NCBI GenBank assembly: GCA_963693365.1 | Contig: CAVNZM010000008.1 | Location: 806,001 to 870,000 of the forward strand | DNA from: Amoebidium appalachense | Taxonomy: Eukaryota; Protista; Ichthyosporea | Length of the DNA: 64,000 nt | Reading direction: 5' to 3' | Shown here: in pieces, positions 58,434 to 64,000 of the stretch | Layout of the letters: each line of letters begins with the position of its first letter | Position numbering within the stretch: position 1 is the first letter of the stretch | Made by a program: the position numbers and the translations under genes | Notes under the pieces: model-generated | What the model saw: only the letters and a program-made list of their open reading frames with translations | The model's database searches: none | Told to the model about the DNA's origin: nothing

Positions 58434-58795
58434 GACACACAGACACACACACACACACAGACACAGACACACACACACACACACACACACACAAGCACAT
58501 CAAGTTTAGATCTATCTAACACATTAATGTAGCACCCCACCAAGAGGCCAAGAGCCGCAAAGACAAAAAAAACAGACACAAAGGCCTTATGCACAAACAA
58601 AAGAACAACTGCCTGCCCAGCCCTTTCACGCCTAGCCCAGTGTCACTTTTAAAACCATTGGCCCAAACTTCAACTTCTAGCCCTCTCCCTACTATTAAAT
58701 CCAGTCTTGGCTTTTGCATTAATGGCGCACTCTTATTAAGACCCGCTAACCCACCATGCCATGCATGCACTTCCGACTGTGTGTGTGTGCCTCAC

Positions 58796-61810
<3,015 letters not shown>

Positions 61811-61915
61811 CTGGTGCACATGTGTGTGGGACGCGGACATGCGTCCACATTTGTTTGTGCGCATGTGTGCAAGTGGATGGATGTGTGTGATCAAGTGGCG
61901 GTGAGTTAGTGTGTA

Positions 61916-61972
<57 letters not shown>

Positions 61973-63001
61973 TCAAGTGGTAGTGAGTTGGAGAGAGAGG
62001 AGAGAGATGTGTCAAGTGTGCATGCATACATGGGTATGCCTACAAGCCCACACAAAGACGTGTGCAAATGAAAGATAATGTGGGATTCCCTGTCGATGTC
62101 TTGCGTGGAAGAGGGGAAGTTGTCTAAGTTTGTTGTGTGTCCAGTTGTCGAAGAAAAGAGGAACTGGGGAGATAGGTAGGTGGGAGTGGTCAAACGGACT
62201 GGAAAACTGTACCGGCCAGAAAAGCATGGCCGTATATTGTGTGTATTCATTTACTGAATGAGGTGTGTGGATGTCTTCGTTCGATGTGTTTTGTGTCTCC
62301 ATTATTATATAGCGGAATTCTTCTTTGGGTTTATTGTGTGGGTGAGTGGGTCAGGCACATGTCGATCAAGCAGAATGTTTGTGCAAGTGCTGGGCAAGAC
62401 CGGGTGGCCCATACGAGGAAATCTCATATGGCGTATGGCGGAGCAGCGATTAAGTGTGTGTGACCAGCGCGACGTGTTCTGAAACCTAGTGTTATTACCT
62501 GTACTAACCTTTATCGCAGGTACATTCTGTATTAGCCTAAAAAACAGGTAAACTTTGTACTACGCTTCATATCAGGTATAGAGTTCGGTGTCTGGGTACA
62601 GTATGATGCAGGAAGCATAAGCCACTGAGGCCAAGGGGCATTGGGGGGAAGGGGGGGGGGGGGGGGGAGGAGTTCCATGTGAATGAGTAAGTGGGTGCGT
62701 GTACTTGTGAGCAGAGCGCAGACACTCTACTGATGAGGTTGTACACGTGTTTCTCTGCATATGTGCATGCATGTGTTTGCCTATGTGCATGCATGTCTAT
62801 TCCCAGATGAACCACGACGTACATCTGTGTGTTTACGTTTTTGTGTGTGCCTCTTTTGGCGGTGGTAGCTTTTTTTCTTTGGTTGACTGCGTTTATGTGA
62901 GTAGGCCGGTGATGGTTGGTGGTGGAAGGGTTTTGATTGAAGTGGGAAGGCAGGGAGGGAGGGAGGGAGGGGAGGGTGTGTGTGTGGGTATGTGTGTGTG
63001 T

Positions 63002-63034
<33 letters not shown>

Positions 63035-63339
63035 GGGAGGTGGTTGCACCAGTGAGTCTACCTTGCATTCATCACAAGATGTGTCTTTATCGGCACCGTG
63101 GTTGCATTTGTTGGCCTTGGCCTCTGTTGTGGTCTGTGGTGCATGGGAGGGTTGTGAACAGATGAGAACATATGGTCACCACCACACAGTGAGCATCAAG
63201 ATGCGTGAGCAGGAAGTGCATGCCGCATATGCTTAGTCACACATGCCCTCATGCCGAGCTTGGCTTATGCAATGAGGGTGCAAACATAGAAGCATAGACT
63301 TAACAAAGCGGGAAAAAATAAAAAGAGTGCAGAGAATAA

Positions 63340-63546
63340 AGCATTTAAGGTGAGGAAAACTAAAAAGCAAAACAAAAAATTCAAACCCTAAAGCAGCAAC
63401 CACAATTGTACAGGCAGAAGGCACTTGAACAGAACCAGGCATCAGGAGGGTGGCTGTGCCTTAACAAAAGAATGAACTGCAACTCTTCAATGTCGTGTAC
63501 GTTACTCCCAACCGTCTTTCGTTTCAAACCCATCCTTCCCCCCCCC

Positions 63547-63598
<52 letters not shown>

Positions 63599-63842
63599 GG
63601 AGGGGGGGGGGGGGGGGGGGGGGGGGGAGGTATGCATTAGAGGGTTGAAGTAGACCTAAGGGCAAATATAAAACATCACAAATGCAAAAACCCCGCAATC
63701 AAACTATAGAATAGAACATATAAAAGGTGTGCGGGCAGAAGACACTTGAACAGAGCCCATCATCAGGGGGGTTGATATGCCTCCACCAAAGAATGTGTAT
63801 CGACTCTTTAACCTCTCACGTGTGATTCCCAATCCATTCTTG
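63340..63842 (-). mobile_element. Two head-to-tail diverged copies of the dispersed repeat (subfamily C)
   Basis: 63631-63842 and ~63340-63530 both match 34601-34810 (GCAGAAG.CACTTGAACAGA.CC...CATCAGG). They are separated by C/T/G homopolymers. Confidence 0.65.
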
Positions 63843-64000
63843 GGGAAAGGGGGTGGATAATGCGACGGAGGCAGGGAGGGAGTGAAGATCGAAGGGAGGA
63901 AGGATGAGGGCGGAATAGACAAAAGCTGGGGGCGAGCAACGGCAGGTGAAAGGCCAGTATGCACATTTCCTGTGCACATGAAGCAACGTGAGAACCGAAC

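Overview
Eukaryotic nuclear DNA with GT-AG introns, strong CTRAC-type branch points and introns full of (CA)n/(GT)n, (CT)n and poly-G/poly-C tracts. Most of the listed ORFs are microsatellite artefacts. The gene set and intron style suggest a unicellular opisthokont (inference only). Five conserved genes could be spliced by hand into complete reading frames: ERGIC2/Erv41 (+), an SLC12 cation-chloride cotransporter (-), a PRELI/Ups lipid-transfer protein (+), malic enzyme (+) and cytochrome-b5-fused fatty acid 2-hydroxylase (-). The right third (about 43-62 kb) is a tandemly duplicated cluster of uncharacterised genes built from C-x-H-x6-C-x2-C repeats. The most striking signal is a dispersed ~250-bp non-coding repeat (about 11 copies or fragments, most ending at poly-C). 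Its best copies contain all three hammerhead-ribozyme core strands with covarying stems, but in a non-circularly permuted order. All alignments and folds were done by eye; no database search was run.
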